From NCBI RefSeq assembly GCF_964355755.1, contig NC_092670.1, positions 33,158,388 through 33,222,387 on the forward strand: a DNA stretch of 64,000 nucleotides, written 5' to 3'. Below the pieces are notes generated by a model that worked only from the letters and a program-made list of their open reading frames with translations, ran no database searches and had not been told where the DNA came from. The stretch is from Antedon mediterranea (Eukaryota > Animalia > Echinodermata). Position numbers and translations under genes: made by a program. Shown one piece after another: positions 1 to 13,000 of the stretch (position 1 is the first letter of the stretch; each line of letters begins with the position of its first letter).

Positions 1-178
1 AACTACGAGTGAAGTATGACGTCATAACACTGAACAAGTTTACCAAATTCACCATCAACATCATCGTTATGTATTGCCGTGCTTAAAATACAACGAGGCG
101 CATTTGGACTAGGACTGTTGTGACAGTAACTCCATTACGCGAATATAATATGTACAAGATATAAAAACATAGGCCTAC

Positions 179-3100
179 TTGTATAGTTCGATTTTCTTCC
201 TGACAACCACTCAAAATGTCCTTCTCTTTTTAAATCATTGTATCCAATCCAAGCTTTGTTTAGTGAATTTCGGATAATCAATTGGTTAAGTATCCACAAG
301 TCTTCGCTTTTACTTGAAATTTCAACCAAATTCCCACTAATATTATAGCATACATCTTTCCCGGAATTCCACGTATCAGGTTCATCGGTGAGATGGTAGC
401 ATTTAAAAAAATGAGAGCTATAGTGCCATCCAGGTGGACATCCTACACACAAAATGTATACATACTATGTGTATTGCGAACAAATACATTTGCCTACAGT
501 CTACTGTAGGCCTAATTTAATTCAATAAAAAATCGTATTATTAGGCGGATTAATAAGAATAAGATATTAATAGAAGGTAAGCTCGCTTCCGGCACTCATC
601 CTCTAATAAATGCGGTAGACCTAATTGGTATTTTCAATACTTTATTTTGTTTCTTTTTTTCTTTCGATTTCTAACTTATTAATTTGATATACTAATTTTA
701 CAATATAATCCGATGATTTATGAATATATTTGATTTGAATTTTATTATTATAAATTGTTTTTGCTAAAATGTCCCAGACTTCGTACAGTTGCGTTCCCTT
801 TAAAATATACAAATTCGCACCCAGTTTTAATCCTACGTACAGTTATGTATACCTAACAGTTATTTCAACAACAAAATAGATGTTGTCCATTCCTATATTA
901 GATGTCCATATAACCATTCCTATATTAGATGCCCATGTACTTAATAACCATAAAATACTTGTTAATTGTATTTGTCCCAAAAGCACCAAACGATAGAAAG
1001 CTAACTAGTAGGTAGGCCTGCCTAAACAGACAAAAACATGGATTACATGTCGACATCAATCGTCATTGTAGTAGACCGAATTGCCAGGTAATTAAAACAA
1101 CGTCACATAGAGCCTTCTATTTTACTGACTGCCACCGAAGAGGCAGCTAGCGTCAAGTTATATTAAATCATACATATACACGTGTTCCTTATCACTACAA
1201 TTAGCATGCAAATTTAATATGTTTATTGGTCTTGGTTAACATGTTTTGAATCACAGAGCCATGAGTTTAAGTCATGGTTCTGTAACAACATCAGAATTTA
1301 TCTTACGACTAGTTAAGAGGCATTGTCTGTAAGAATCAAAGAAATATCCAAAATGGAAAAAAAAAATTGATTTCTTTAAAATTGTGCACATGGTTGTATA
1401 TGTGTTGAGAAAAATCAAATATGAAGTATTTTTTATTTCACACATATAATCCCATGGCAACGGGCAAATTTGTGTTTTTGACAAATTTTGTCATTTTTTA
1501 AAGTTTTTTAAAATAGATATTGGTAGTATTTGATGAACGATATTTTTGTTTTGTTGATTTAATTATAAAAAATAATTACTGTATGTATAGTAACAATGCA
1601 TTGTCTACCTGTTTTATATTTCTTTTTTAATATTTTTGATTTTATACTTTGGGAGATTTATTTAAAAAGGGGTGTTTTTCAGTTTTTTTAAAATATTAAA
1701 AACAACTAAACTTTACTTCACCATAACGCCCAAAATGGGGTATTTTTTTAAGCCGATTTATTACAAATAGGTAGTTGTAATGTATAATAAGTGATTTATA
1801 AAATAAAATACTGGGGTAATTTAAAAATCAACAAGCAGTGTTGCCAGGAACATAGGTATTTAAAAAAAAAACATTATACCGGTATATTAGAAAACAAATT
1901 TATTTTTCTTTGATTATCTGATTTTAAACCCATGGTCAGAACAATTCTTAATGTTTTATATAATGTTAGTTGGGTTGTGAGAAAAAAAAAACAATATTTT
2001 TATTTATAGATTCTGTAATTTCCAGTTTTAAAGTCATTTTATAGGTTATGTCCTCTGGAAAGTTCAATAAATTATCAGATCGATGTGAATTTGAATCTTT
2101 GCAACAGCAGCATGCATGCATGCCCCTCCACCACCACTTCCGACTCACCCCCTCCCCCCTCCATCCCAACCCCACAATAACCACAAAAAGACTTGTGTCG
2201 ATCATCAACTATATAGAGAGTAACATTCATAAGATTAAAAAACATTTATTGTTAAAAAATTGTAAAAAAAGAAACGTTACAGAGAATCCCAGATGAAGTT
2301 CAGATACAATGAACATTGTAGGGAACATAAGAACATGACAGAAACAAGATATTTAGACAAGTAGAAAAAGAAATGTTATAATGGAGTTTGTTATTGTTAT
2401 CAGTTATTGTAATAACATATTGGCATGTATTTATTTTGTCTGTATGGTATTTATATTTTTGTAATAATTTGTTTGGTAGAATTTACTGAATCTTTTACAG
2501 TAATTTATTAATTACGATACCTGTGATTTTACATTACCATTGAACATTGAAATCGACAATAGTTTTACAGTTATTTATCAACATTGCCCATGATTCTACG
2601 TTATGGTAGACCACTTCCATTGAAATGTATTTACGGTACCCGTGATTTTACGTTATGGTTGACAAACAGACTTTCAGATTAACAGTAATCTACTGTAGTT
2701 CAACAGTAATTTATTAGAAACGGTACCTGTGATTCTACGTTAGTTGACGTCCGAATTTCAAGTTAACAGTAATTTACTGTAGTTTTACAGTAATTTATTT
2801 TCAACAGTAGCCTACCCGTGATTCTACATTACGGTAGACAACCGACTTTATGACCAACAGTAATTTACTGTAGTTTTAAAGTAATTTATTTTCAACAGTG
2901 CCTGTGATTCTACATTACGGTAGACAACCGACTTTATGACCAACAGTAATTTACTGTAGTTTTATAGTAATTTATTTTTAACAGTACCTGTGATTCTACA
3001 TGACGGTAGACAACCGACTTTATGACCAACAGTAATTTACTTTTATTTTACACAAACCTTTCATTAACAGTACCTGTAAATCTACATTACGGTAAATTAC

Positions 3101-6100
3101 TGGCGTCCAGATTACCAGTAATTTACCGTTTTTTTACAAGAATTTTTTAAACAGTGTGCAGTCAAGCACCACCCACACTGCCGCTACCATCGCCCCAACC
3201 AATAGACGGATTCAAACTCATCCGTCACAGAACACCCCCTACCCCAAGTTAAACATTGTAATGCAAGAGATAGGACATAAAGTTAAGTTTTTAGACCCTT
3301 GCCTCCAACCCCCTAACTATTTCAAAATCCTGGATCCACACTTTCCCCTCCCCAAAATTGAAACAATTAAATGTCAATGATATACTCAGGTATGTTAATG
3401 CTACATAACAAATATTGAAGCCCTGATGGGAAATTTCATTTCATTTAAGGTCAGCATGTAAAATATTACATTTTATATTTAATATTGGTTTTAATTTTTT
3501 TACTGTGATTGTTGGATTCAGTAGTAATTATTAATTGCATAGCAACAGTTACTATGGTAACTAAAATAGATATTCTTTGGTCATAACAAATGCCATATCT
3601 TGGTTGTCAATTTTCTTAAGGACAAGTTGGATGATATTATATCGCCTTCTTTTAGTCTGAGTGGTTCCATTTTACAAGTAGTTGATCACATGACGCTTCT
3701 TGGTGTAATCATTCAAAATGACCTGAAATGGGAACTTAACACTAATAATATTGTGGCTAGAGCTTCTAGACGTTTATTTTCCTTGTGCATTTTGAAGAAA
3801 GCAGGAATCTTAATTAATGATCTGTTGACTGTTTATATGGCGTATATAAGACCTATTTTAGAATATACTGCCCCTGTTTGGCATGGCGCTATCACTAAGG
3901 ACATGTCCAAGTCTATTGAAAAGGTACAAAAGAGAGCATTGCGTATCATGCTAGGTAACAACTATTTGTGCTATGATCATGCATTGTCTGTGACTGGTTT
4001 ACCTACTCTTGTTGAGAGAAGAAACAAACTTGTGTTGTCTTTCGGGGAAGGCTTATTAAAATCCGAGCTGTTTAGAGAAATACTTCCCCCTCTTCATAAG
4101 CCAGCTCGGTCTCTCAGATTCAACCGCTTTCTAGAAGTACCTCATTGTAAAACCAGCAGACTTAGGTCGTCTCCAGTTCCCACCATGGTGGATATAATTA
4201 ATAGGCACCACTAGCTCTTTTTTAGATATGTAATAAGTGAATGTTTTTTGGTTTTTTATTCATGTATGTTTTTAATTGTATGGTACGATATCTAATTTCA
4301 TTAAGATGTTTCTATTTTTATAGCAATTTTAACTAATTTTTAGTCATTTGTAATACATTTCATTTCAGTCCTTGGCTGTCGTTTTGTAATATATTTTTAT
4401 ATACCGAATAAATAAATAATTATCTTATACAAATTAAAATTTGTAGATTATTAGCAGGAATGCCGAATTTGCATTTTCATATTACCATTTTATAGGGTCA
4501 AATTACCATTTTATAGGGTCATATTACCATTTTATAGGGTCATATTACCATTTTATAGAGTCATATTACCATTTTATAGGGTCATATTCGTAAGGACTTT
4601 CGTTCGTAAGGAAACCCCGTAATAAAGCAATTGTATTTAGTTACGCATCGAAACAGTTGCTCCTACAATACACTATAGGTCAAATTTGACCTCAATATGT
4701 AACATTTAATCATATTTTTTTCATGAATCCCAATGTTTTATTATTTTTTTAAATTATCCTTATAGAAACAGGTTTAAGATAAGACAAAAGGTCAATTTTT
4801 AAACTTGATTCAGATTTGTCAGACTTTTTCTCTGAGATTATTAGGATTCAGTATTTAAAGTAAATTTGGGTAAAAGTTGAATTGTAAAACTAAGTGGTAT
4901 TTATAAAAAACCCTTATTTTTTAAATATTTTCGCATAGAAACAGTTACTATGGTAAAATGTTGACCTCATTTGACCTAACAATTATTGAATTTCCAAGTT
5001 CAAATTTGTCATTACTTTATGATTATTAGAATGCAGTAGAAGTAAAATTGAGAAAAAGTAAAAATGCAATCAATTCTTTGTATTCATAAAAACATCATAT
5101 TTTCGTTTTATTTTATTTTTATTTTTTTTTTATTTTATTTAATCGAAACCAACAGCGATAATTACCGCCACTAACAGGTTTGATACTTAAACAAAGCCAG
5201 GACTGTTTAAAGCACCTTGATTGGTCCTAACATTGATCAAGGGCTTCTCTCGTCCAGTGCCCACCTTGACCAGAGGTCTGAGGCAGATACTAGATGCAGG
5301 GGCTACCATAAGAGTCAGCAGTGCTGATTTCCATACAGCACCCGTTATTCCCAGATGGTCTCCCATCCAAGCTCTAACCAGGCCCAACATCGCTTAACTT
5401 CGGTGATCTGGCGAGAACCGGTGTTTCAACGTGGTAAAGCCGTTTTTGTAATTACTTCCTTAGTTACACACAGAAATGGTTGCTAAGGTAAAACTATAGG
5501 TAACAAAATGAAATTTGTTGAGAATTTTTCGGAACTATCTTGTAAATTTTTATAAAACATTAATAGTTGAAGTAAAGTGGGACCTGTCCTGTTTTGCACT
5601 GTGACTTCTTTTGAGCTCAAATGACCTATTTACAAGGTCAGATTTTTTGGGACGTCTTTCTGTATTTCTTTACAAAAAATTGATGTCAAAATTTATAAAA
5701 AACTTGAAGGCAATTATTTCAAAGTTTAACATTAATTTCCATCAACTAAATATTCCAATGCAAAATACAGTTTTTCTGGCAATTAATTGAAATAAACCTG
5801 GCAACCCCTTCTTGTATTTTATCTAAACTATTTGTATGACTCTATTAGCATTATGACAAGCCAAATAAATATTTTATTCTGTGAAAAATGCAAAAAACAT
5901 CAAAATTTGGATAATTGACCGTTGTCATGGCAACAAAGTTAAAAATTAAAATATGTTGTAGATATGCTTTTTATTAAAGTGTCTATTCATGGTAAAAATT
6001 TGAGAAAAATCCATTTTTTTACATATGCCACCAAATATTTTGATTTTTACAGACAATGGCTCTTAAGTTTGAGTATGTAAATTGATGGATATCGAGTTCT

Positions 6101-6446
6101 GCGGTGCTGACGTCACGACGATAGGTGGGGCAGTGTGGACGGTAGGTAGCGCTGCGTGGTTGCTAGCCAACCAAAAATGCGTTCAACCTTCCTGAGTGAC
6201 GCCAAGGTCACCGATGGTTTAATAATTTTCAATAAATACAAACTAAAAAACAACCACGCAGCCGATGCGTGGTTGCTCGCAGTGCCATCTATCACACCAC
6301 AGAACTCTATGTGTACAACCGACCCGTTACTTCTGGGTAATAATTATGCTATACTAAAGTATAAATATTTCAAACTCACCAGCATCACAAATGACGTAGT
6401 ATGTACCAACCAAAATTGACAGTAAAATGCGTTCTTTTGGTTTCAT
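179..6446 (-). CDS. Gene C, 5' part (signal-peptide exon 6380-6446 and first C-type lectin exon 179-442); continues beyond the left edge
   Basis: ATG AAA CCA..GAT GCT G|gtgagt gives MKPKERILLSILVGTYYVICDA. The 264-nt phase-1 exon reads GCPPGWHYSSHFFKCY..WIGYNDLKREGHFEWLSG. Confidence 0.8.
2480..3155. repeat. About 85-bp tandem repeat (about 7 diverged units) within an insertion ending ..ttttttaaacagtg (possible CACTA/EnSpm-like non-autonomous element)
   Basis: The unit aacagtaatttactgtagtttt..cctgtgattctacattacggtagacaaccgactttatgacc recurs at 2681, 2765, 2856, 2942 and 3028. It is absent from the paralogous copy near 57340. Confidence 0.75.
3586..4420 (+). mobile_element. 5'-truncated LINE (CR1/L2 group), C-terminal part of ORF2
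   Basis: ORF 3600-4214 contains LLGVIIQNDLKW, YIRPILEY..VW and IEKVQKRALRI, followed by an (aata)n tail. It is absent from the paralogous copy. Confidence 0.85.
4478..4588 (+). repeat. 21-bp minisatellite (attaccattttatagggtcat) x5
   Basis: Read directly. A single unit is present in the paralog at about 57862. Confidence 0.9.
5105..5443 (-). mobile_element. 5S rRNA-derived SINE (SINE3-type)
   Basis: The minus strand begins acggctttaccacgttgaaacaccggttctcgccagatcaccgaagttaagc..ggatgggagacc..gggtgctgta (5S-like, about 5335-5443), followed by an unrelated body and an A-rich tail. It is absent from the paralog. Confidence 0.85.
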
Positions 6447-6609
6447 TTTGACACCAAACTACTATAATCTGTGTAAATACAACAAGAAAAAATATTGCTG
6501 AACTTATTCCACTGATTGGAATTTTGATGTGCACTAATAACAAATACGAGAATAAACTAACGAAATGCCACGGATAAAATTAGTAGACGTGTCATAAAAT
6601 ATGATATTG

Positions 6610-6918
6610 TTTATTTTATTTTTATTTTTTTATTTTATTTAATTTTCAGGCAAACATACATGACAACACAGCGGTGCAGCACCCTGAGGATTGCCATGAG
6701 TGCAAAGCACTATCGAGATGGCTCTCCATATACTGCACTAGACAAACATATAAGACAAACATATACACAAGATGCTCTACATAGACAAAGACTTATTATT
6801 AAGTCTTTGGGAGTGGAGTTGTAAATTGTCATGAGAAAAAAACCCTGACATATGACAGGACTTGAACCCAGGACCCTTAGATTGGTAGCCAAGCATCATA
6901 ACCACCAAGCCACAGCTC
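6610..6918 (-). mobile_element. tRNA-derived SINE
   Basis: The head has A-box tggcttggtgg and B-box ggttcaagtcc, followed by a body and an A-rich tail. A short related motif (ccactcccaaagacttaata) occurs at about 25130. Confidence 0.75.
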
Positions 6919-7716
6919 TAACAAAGTAGAATATAATATATCGTTTACAATAATTATTAGCTTGTCAATTCCAACTAATATTAGTTACTATCAGCTTCTT
7001 CCATGATTTGAAAACTGTAGGTTCAGAATGAAATGTATACAAAATGAGCAATTACAATAATACATAGCTGTCAAATATCTTCTCAAACTCACAAACGAGC
7101 TATGACTAGACAATAAGATAACACTGAGATAGAAATCCTTCTTTCTTTTGATTTTTGGAGACATTCCTTCAAGTTTATTACTTGGAGTTCATATTACTAT
7201 TATTAGCTTAAAGATGTATTGTACCCAAAACATGAAAATAAAGATAAATTTAAAAAGACTTTGGATAGGCCATTTTGCAGTGTTAATAATGTTCATAACA
7301 AATATTTTCACTATTTAAGATTGTAACCGTATTGATTTCAACCCAGAAGAAATCTTCTTTAATGTTATTACTAATAAATAAATAAATAAATACAAAAATT
7401 AACTTGCATTCCTACTTTCATCATCATAATTAGATAAAAGTGTAGTGCTATTATATACATTTTTAGTTAAATATTATGTAAATTAGAAAATGAATAAATA
7501 CAATTTTACATAAGTCCATTATAATTATTATACAAATATAATCTGATGTGTGGCAAATGCAGAGTATGAATAAATCATAATTCTAGAGCCACGAAATATT
7601 TTTAAGTATTGCATCACTGAACTACAATAAAATCCGTATGTGAATATTATCATTTCAATCGACTCAAGCCTTGGTGACATAATGTTTGCATTAGCGTGAA
7701 GAAAATAACTTTAAAT

Positions 7717-10085
7717 TCAAGTCATTTGCGTTGTCACAGTTGACGTAGTAATTCGGTTTTTCTTAAACCTCTTCTTAAAACATTCGTTTATCTACGAAAC
7801 GATAAAATACCAGTATTATTATAATTGAATTAAATAGCAATCGTACAATCGTTTTCTTATAACAAATACATAATACAAGTCTAAAAGATTTAATCTTCGT
7901 AAACTTGAATCGGAACAAATCATAGTGAGGTAATCTAATGTACGAATAATGGTACGAGATGTGAGAAGGATGCCTGAGTAACTGGTTTTGAGTTATCGTG
8001 TCTTTTTTTTTATAGCAAAACTACATACTCCCAGAATATGATCCTAAATATGATATAATTTGTCATGCGCCACCTGGTTTAGAATATTTTAGGACACTGG
8101 TTTTTGTTGTAATCTTACTGTAGGCCTAAACAGCAATAACGGTAATAATACCTCGTTATCAAGTAGACCGTAGATGACGAATATAAATATGCCTTGGCAT
8201 CCGTTCAACACGTTGAATATGTAATCAACAAATGTTGTATCAGAACTGACAGCGAATGGTCCAATGAGCCACGTGGTACCCATTAGAGGTAGAAGCATTG
8301 CAGTTCCTTTGGCTGCTTTCCTGTACGTTTTAATAATACTTGTAATTAATTGAAATTCTAACGTATATCTAACGAACAATATTCTATAAAATTGATTAAT
8401 GTAATGGACATTGTAATTTTAAAATTATTTCTAACCTCAACTGTTTAAATGTAGTTTTCTCTCCTGTTGATTTTCCTACCATGTTTCCAGATCTTTTGTA
8501 GATTGTCAAGACAACGTAGATCAAAATAGCTGTATTAATCTGAAAAAATTGTACAGTTGATTTTGAATTTGAGGTTGGGATTTCATAATAACAGCCACAT
8601 TAGTGTATAGGCCTATTTGTTTTTGGTATTGACCACAAAATAATTACGCAGTAATGGTGCGGTGTTTCGCATGACCAAAGAAAACAGGTTAAAATCTTAT
8701 TCGAAAGACGGTATCATCTCAACAAATTATATTTTGTCTCCAGTGATCTTTCTCCCTCGCCATTTATGTATACATACTTAACTGTCATGTTAATTGGTCT
8801 TACCAAAGCAATACATGCTGCGGGTGCTACAAACGTCCATATCATGCCTGTTTCTGGACTGAGCCAACATCTAGAATAACAATTTCAAAAAATCACAATT
8901 GAATAAAATTAAATAGAAGAACTTCAGTGATGCATTGGCTACTACCTATTATTATCTTATTACTGAACCGTAATGTGAACATAAACCATTATAAAAAAAA
9001 AAAGAAAAACAAAGAAAACTTACAGGCTATCGACATTAAACTTAGAAGCAAATGCACCAACAGAAATCGCAACGATCACAAAGGAAACTCCATAACAGAT
9101 TATGAAATAATACCGTAGTAGGTAAAAGTTGGCGTTACTTGACATAGAAAGCTTAGACAGTAAGTATACTGCTTCTGCGCACATCCAAGTAAATGTATTA
9201 AGTGATGTGAAATGTAGAAAAATGCTTATGCATTTACAAACAATCTGAAAAACGTTATTATAATGAAACACGTTGGCTTAGTTTAATAAATGTAAAGTGT
9301 TATTTAAACAAGAAATATTTCTTACAAGAAACGCCGCTCGACTCATTGACAATTTGAATTTTTATTTTTTCTTAATTAAATTATGCTTTTATTGATATTT
9401 CAATTAATAAATTAAGAAACAGTGATTATTATCAATACTTGTTTGCTTAACAATCAGTAAACATCTGAAATTCTCTATTTGGTTACGTTGTTTGTTTATG
9501 TAATGTGCATAGACCGTTCACGGGCGCTGAAGTGCATATTATATTATTATCAGCAGATTTTTTCATAGGCTCTCTTCTCCCCGATTTGCTTTTATGTCTG
9601 CTCATGCTCACTCCGAAATGTTTCCATAAACTCTCTTCTCTCAGATGTGCATTAGGGTATGCGCATGCCCAGTGCAATTTTATAAATTCTCATTTTTTGG
9701 CCATCGTAAGTAATAATATATTGTATAATTTAAACGAATAAACGAAATGCCTCCAAATGAAAAAAAAAACAACTTACCTCATTTTCTGTTTTGTCGATTC
9801 CAAATAAGAACAGAGATTGCATTATAATCATATTAATCACCAAGTTCTTATGAATTGAATTGCGCACAGATTTCCACAACTTTCTAAGAATTAAATGTCA
9901 AATTATTATGTTCGTTTACGAATATACTACGTTGTTAAAATATGCCTTACGCATTAAAAATATAATAAAATCGAAACTTACGAAAACGAGAAGTACATGA
10001 TGAGTGTTATCACCAAATAAATAACTGATAGTGATACACAGACTGTTGACATTAAGCTTAGAGTTTCTCTGTTTTCAACAGAAAC
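7717..10085 (-). CDS. 7TM (secretin/adhesion family) exons of gene A
   Basis: Seven exons give TM1-TM7 with family motifs SIHKNL, CxxIxIFLHFxxLxxFxWMxxEA, CWL, LLPLMGTTW, FNVLNGCQGIFIF and a short basic helix-8/tail (INECFKKRFKKNRITTSTVTTQMT*). Confidence 0.9.
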
Positions 10086-13000
10086 CTTTATGGATAAATA
10101 TTGTATTATTAATTATAAACTACAACATAATAAGATTATTAGATACAAAGATTAGATTAAAGTAAACTTGGCGTATATTTTTGTGTTGTAAGGTTTACTT
10201 TCTGCAAAATATAATATATGCAATCGTATGGTGGTTAAACATTCGGGATAAACACTTTTTGGGTTAAATATGATTTGGATGGAAGCACTAGCGAAACACG
10301 AAAAAAGTCGAAACAAATATTTTCCATTATTTTGCTAACTTACATTGTCTGTTGTAACTTTCATTAACACGCTAAAACTCGTTAGATGTTCAGAATAACA
10401 CGACACTTGATCCATAGAATACGACGTGGTTACCATACCAGCATCACTCCAAGTACTGTACAAGAACAATACCAGAAGGCAGTATTGTTGAGTCACGATA
10501 ACAAATATTTACTAAAGATAAGAGTATAAACACTGAAGAATAGAACATGTTTATGTGTTCGATTCTAGAAAACGAAAATTATTTGAAGTAGAACACGAAG
10601 TAAGACAATGTCAGGTAACACAAAACTTTGTACGGAATTATACGAGGATATTCTCCATCTTGTGAACAAGATCCTCTAACCGTAATGCATAGGCATTGCA
10701 AAAACTTACCTTCGTGTTTCGTCCAAGAACACGCAAAACATCTCCCATTTATCCTTGTTAGTCACTGAGGAACTCTAGAAGAAGATTAATTAAACTACTC
10801 ATTAAAGAACATAGTACATCGTTTGAGAACAGTAGTGAATTACCCCGGTATACTAGTAGTACACATACAGCCATTGATCATAACTGGGCCCTCTCTGGAA
10901 GACCAGTCTTTGACTGAAGAGGTTGCCCAGTATAAATATATATAAGAAATTCAAAGTTGTTGTACTTACAATTCGCTTGGTCATGGTAAATTCTATTTTC
11001 GCTTCCAAGGGCATTTGGTCATTGAAATCGTAAACGCTACAGGAAAATACCATTCCGTTGAAATATCTAAATGCAATGTTTGCATTAGATCTGATGGAAA
11101 GAAATGCAGAAAAGTAAGATATAGGATTTGTTTTAAAGAGTAAAGTAAACATTATTCTCTTTTAAGAATAATTTTTTTAATCTACATATTTATTAACACT
11201 TTATATAAAGAAATAACTTACAAATTAGAAATATCAACACCTTCATTTACAGCTTCATTCTCGCCCATTGTGTTGTTACTGTAAGATGCTATAATTAGCA
11301 TATCACCTTGAAAAAAATAAATTAAAATTACAAATAATAATTAACAAAATAAAATAACGAATCTATATTCTTAGTCATAAAAAGAACATATAATACAAAA
11401 TATAGAGAAAAGAAGAATGAATATGTTTTATCTATTTTAAAAATTTATCAAGAAGTGCTATAAGCCGTATGATTATTTATTACTACCAAAATACAGGAAG
11501 AATGAATGTATGAAGTGTCATTTGTAAAATAAAGTAAAAACAAAAAACATATAGAAATAAATTTAATAGAAAAAAGAAAAATGAGTTTCGTCTGATTAGC
11601 AGCATCAAAGCATTTGACTTTTTTCGTTTGTTGTTTTGTGTCGATATGTTACTTTATATTCAATTCGAATTTCTATTCTATTCTTAGTCCTACCATATTA
11701 AAATTTTGTAATTGTAAGAATGGCACGATCTCCATATTGGTAAACATCTTCAATAAACATAAATAAATAGCAAGTGATAGGTCAAACCTGTATTTTCAGC
11801 TTCAATCTTCAGATCAAAATCCAGCTGATCATCGTCATGTTCAAGACTGCTATTAACGAATATCTCGCTCTCTATCACTAATAATCCAACTACAAAAAAA
11901 CATAAATATATCATTATGTCTATTTCTAACAACACTACAAGACACTTCCAACACCTGATTGAATATTTATTTTGTTTTGATTATTCACTGCTAAAGACTC
12001 CGGTGGTTTAATTTGACTAAATACTTTTTAGGAAGCTCAAATTGGAAGCTCAAATACATAAAGAACTTGCCATATGTTTCTTCCTCATAAACTTTCCGCG
12101 GCTCCATTGATTGTAAGTTCGATATTTTGGATAAAACTTCGTGTTCAAACTCGTGGAATTCAGTTACAAATGATTCCATTTTCTAAAAAAATAATTAAGT
12201 ATGCTGTAATTACAACTATAATTGTAAGGATCTACTGACGGAATTTTATTCTCTGACGATCACGCATAGATTGGAATTATTTGTTTTAATTGTTATTTAA
12301 TGTACGTATTCTTATATACAAAATAATTTTGAAGAATAAATTGTTAAAAGAGAAACGAATGATATAAAATAACATTAAGTAATGATTAATAGTATGTTGT
12401 AATAATAAATAATCAATAATTAGCCTACCATTTCTGTTTGAAGAATCCACATTGAAGCAAACAAAACAATAATGATAAACTTAAACTTAAAATGAAAATG
12501 TATGTACGTGTTATAGTTATACAGTTATATGAGTTTAGGCTAAATTGGTATCAATTTCGGTACGTTGAATGGCGGATAACAAAGAATATTTTTACGTCTT
12601 GACTACCTAAATTGCATAAAACAAAATAATTATTCATTGTATAGTTAAAAAATTATTATATAGTTATTTTCTAATGGCTAATCTATACATGACCTTAAAC
12701 ATTACTTAAATACATTTTTTCAAATAATTTACCCCATTTTCCGAATATCGCTGCCACGTTCAAATCTACCGTTCACACCTATGTGATTAATAAACTTGTT
12801 TTCACTACAAAATTTAAACCTTATTCTTTCCCTACTTAGGATTACTAACCTCTAAAAGTGATTACGAATGTACAGTTCATAGTATTTCCGGTTTCTATGT
12901 TTTTCCTAAAACAAATGATAATAAATGATACTTGACTTGACTTGACGTTAAATGTAAAAGAATTTTCGCCAACCCACAGCCTTGCTGGAAATATTACAGA

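Larger units (their letters stand above)
1317..6062. mobile_element. Non-autonomous DNA transposon with TTAA target duplication (Kolobok- or piggyBac-like), with nested insertions
   Basis: ttaa|gaggcattgtctgtaagaatcaaa ... tttgatttttacagacaatggctc|ttaa, plus inverted subterminal motifs (catggcaac, gttgccagg/cctggcaac). Purine termini favour Kolobok. Confidence 0.7.
1..6610 (+). repeat. Segmental duplication, paralogous to about 55233-59496
   Basis: Long colinear near-identity including intron sequence. The left copy carries extra insertions (about 2225-3155, 3586-4420, 5105-5443). Confidence 0.92.

Noticed and set aside
2480-3100. CRISPR-like array
   Set aside because: Head-to-tail units of about 85 bp with no unique spacers, in a eukaryotic intron and with no cas genes.
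5335-5443. 5S rRNA gene (also 61980-62080)
   Set aside because: Both are diverged or truncated, lack a T-run terminator, continue into a SINE body with an A-rich tail, and are demonstrable insertions.
6825-6918. Functional tRNA gene
   Set aside because: A and B boxes are present but the acceptor stem does not pair well, and it continues into a SINE body and A-rich tail.
11690-11750. Extra GAIN exon in the semi-conserved segment also seen at about 29640-29705
   Set aside because: The phase-compatible readings I tried hit stops or need an implausibly short intron, and the flanking exons already join in frame without it.
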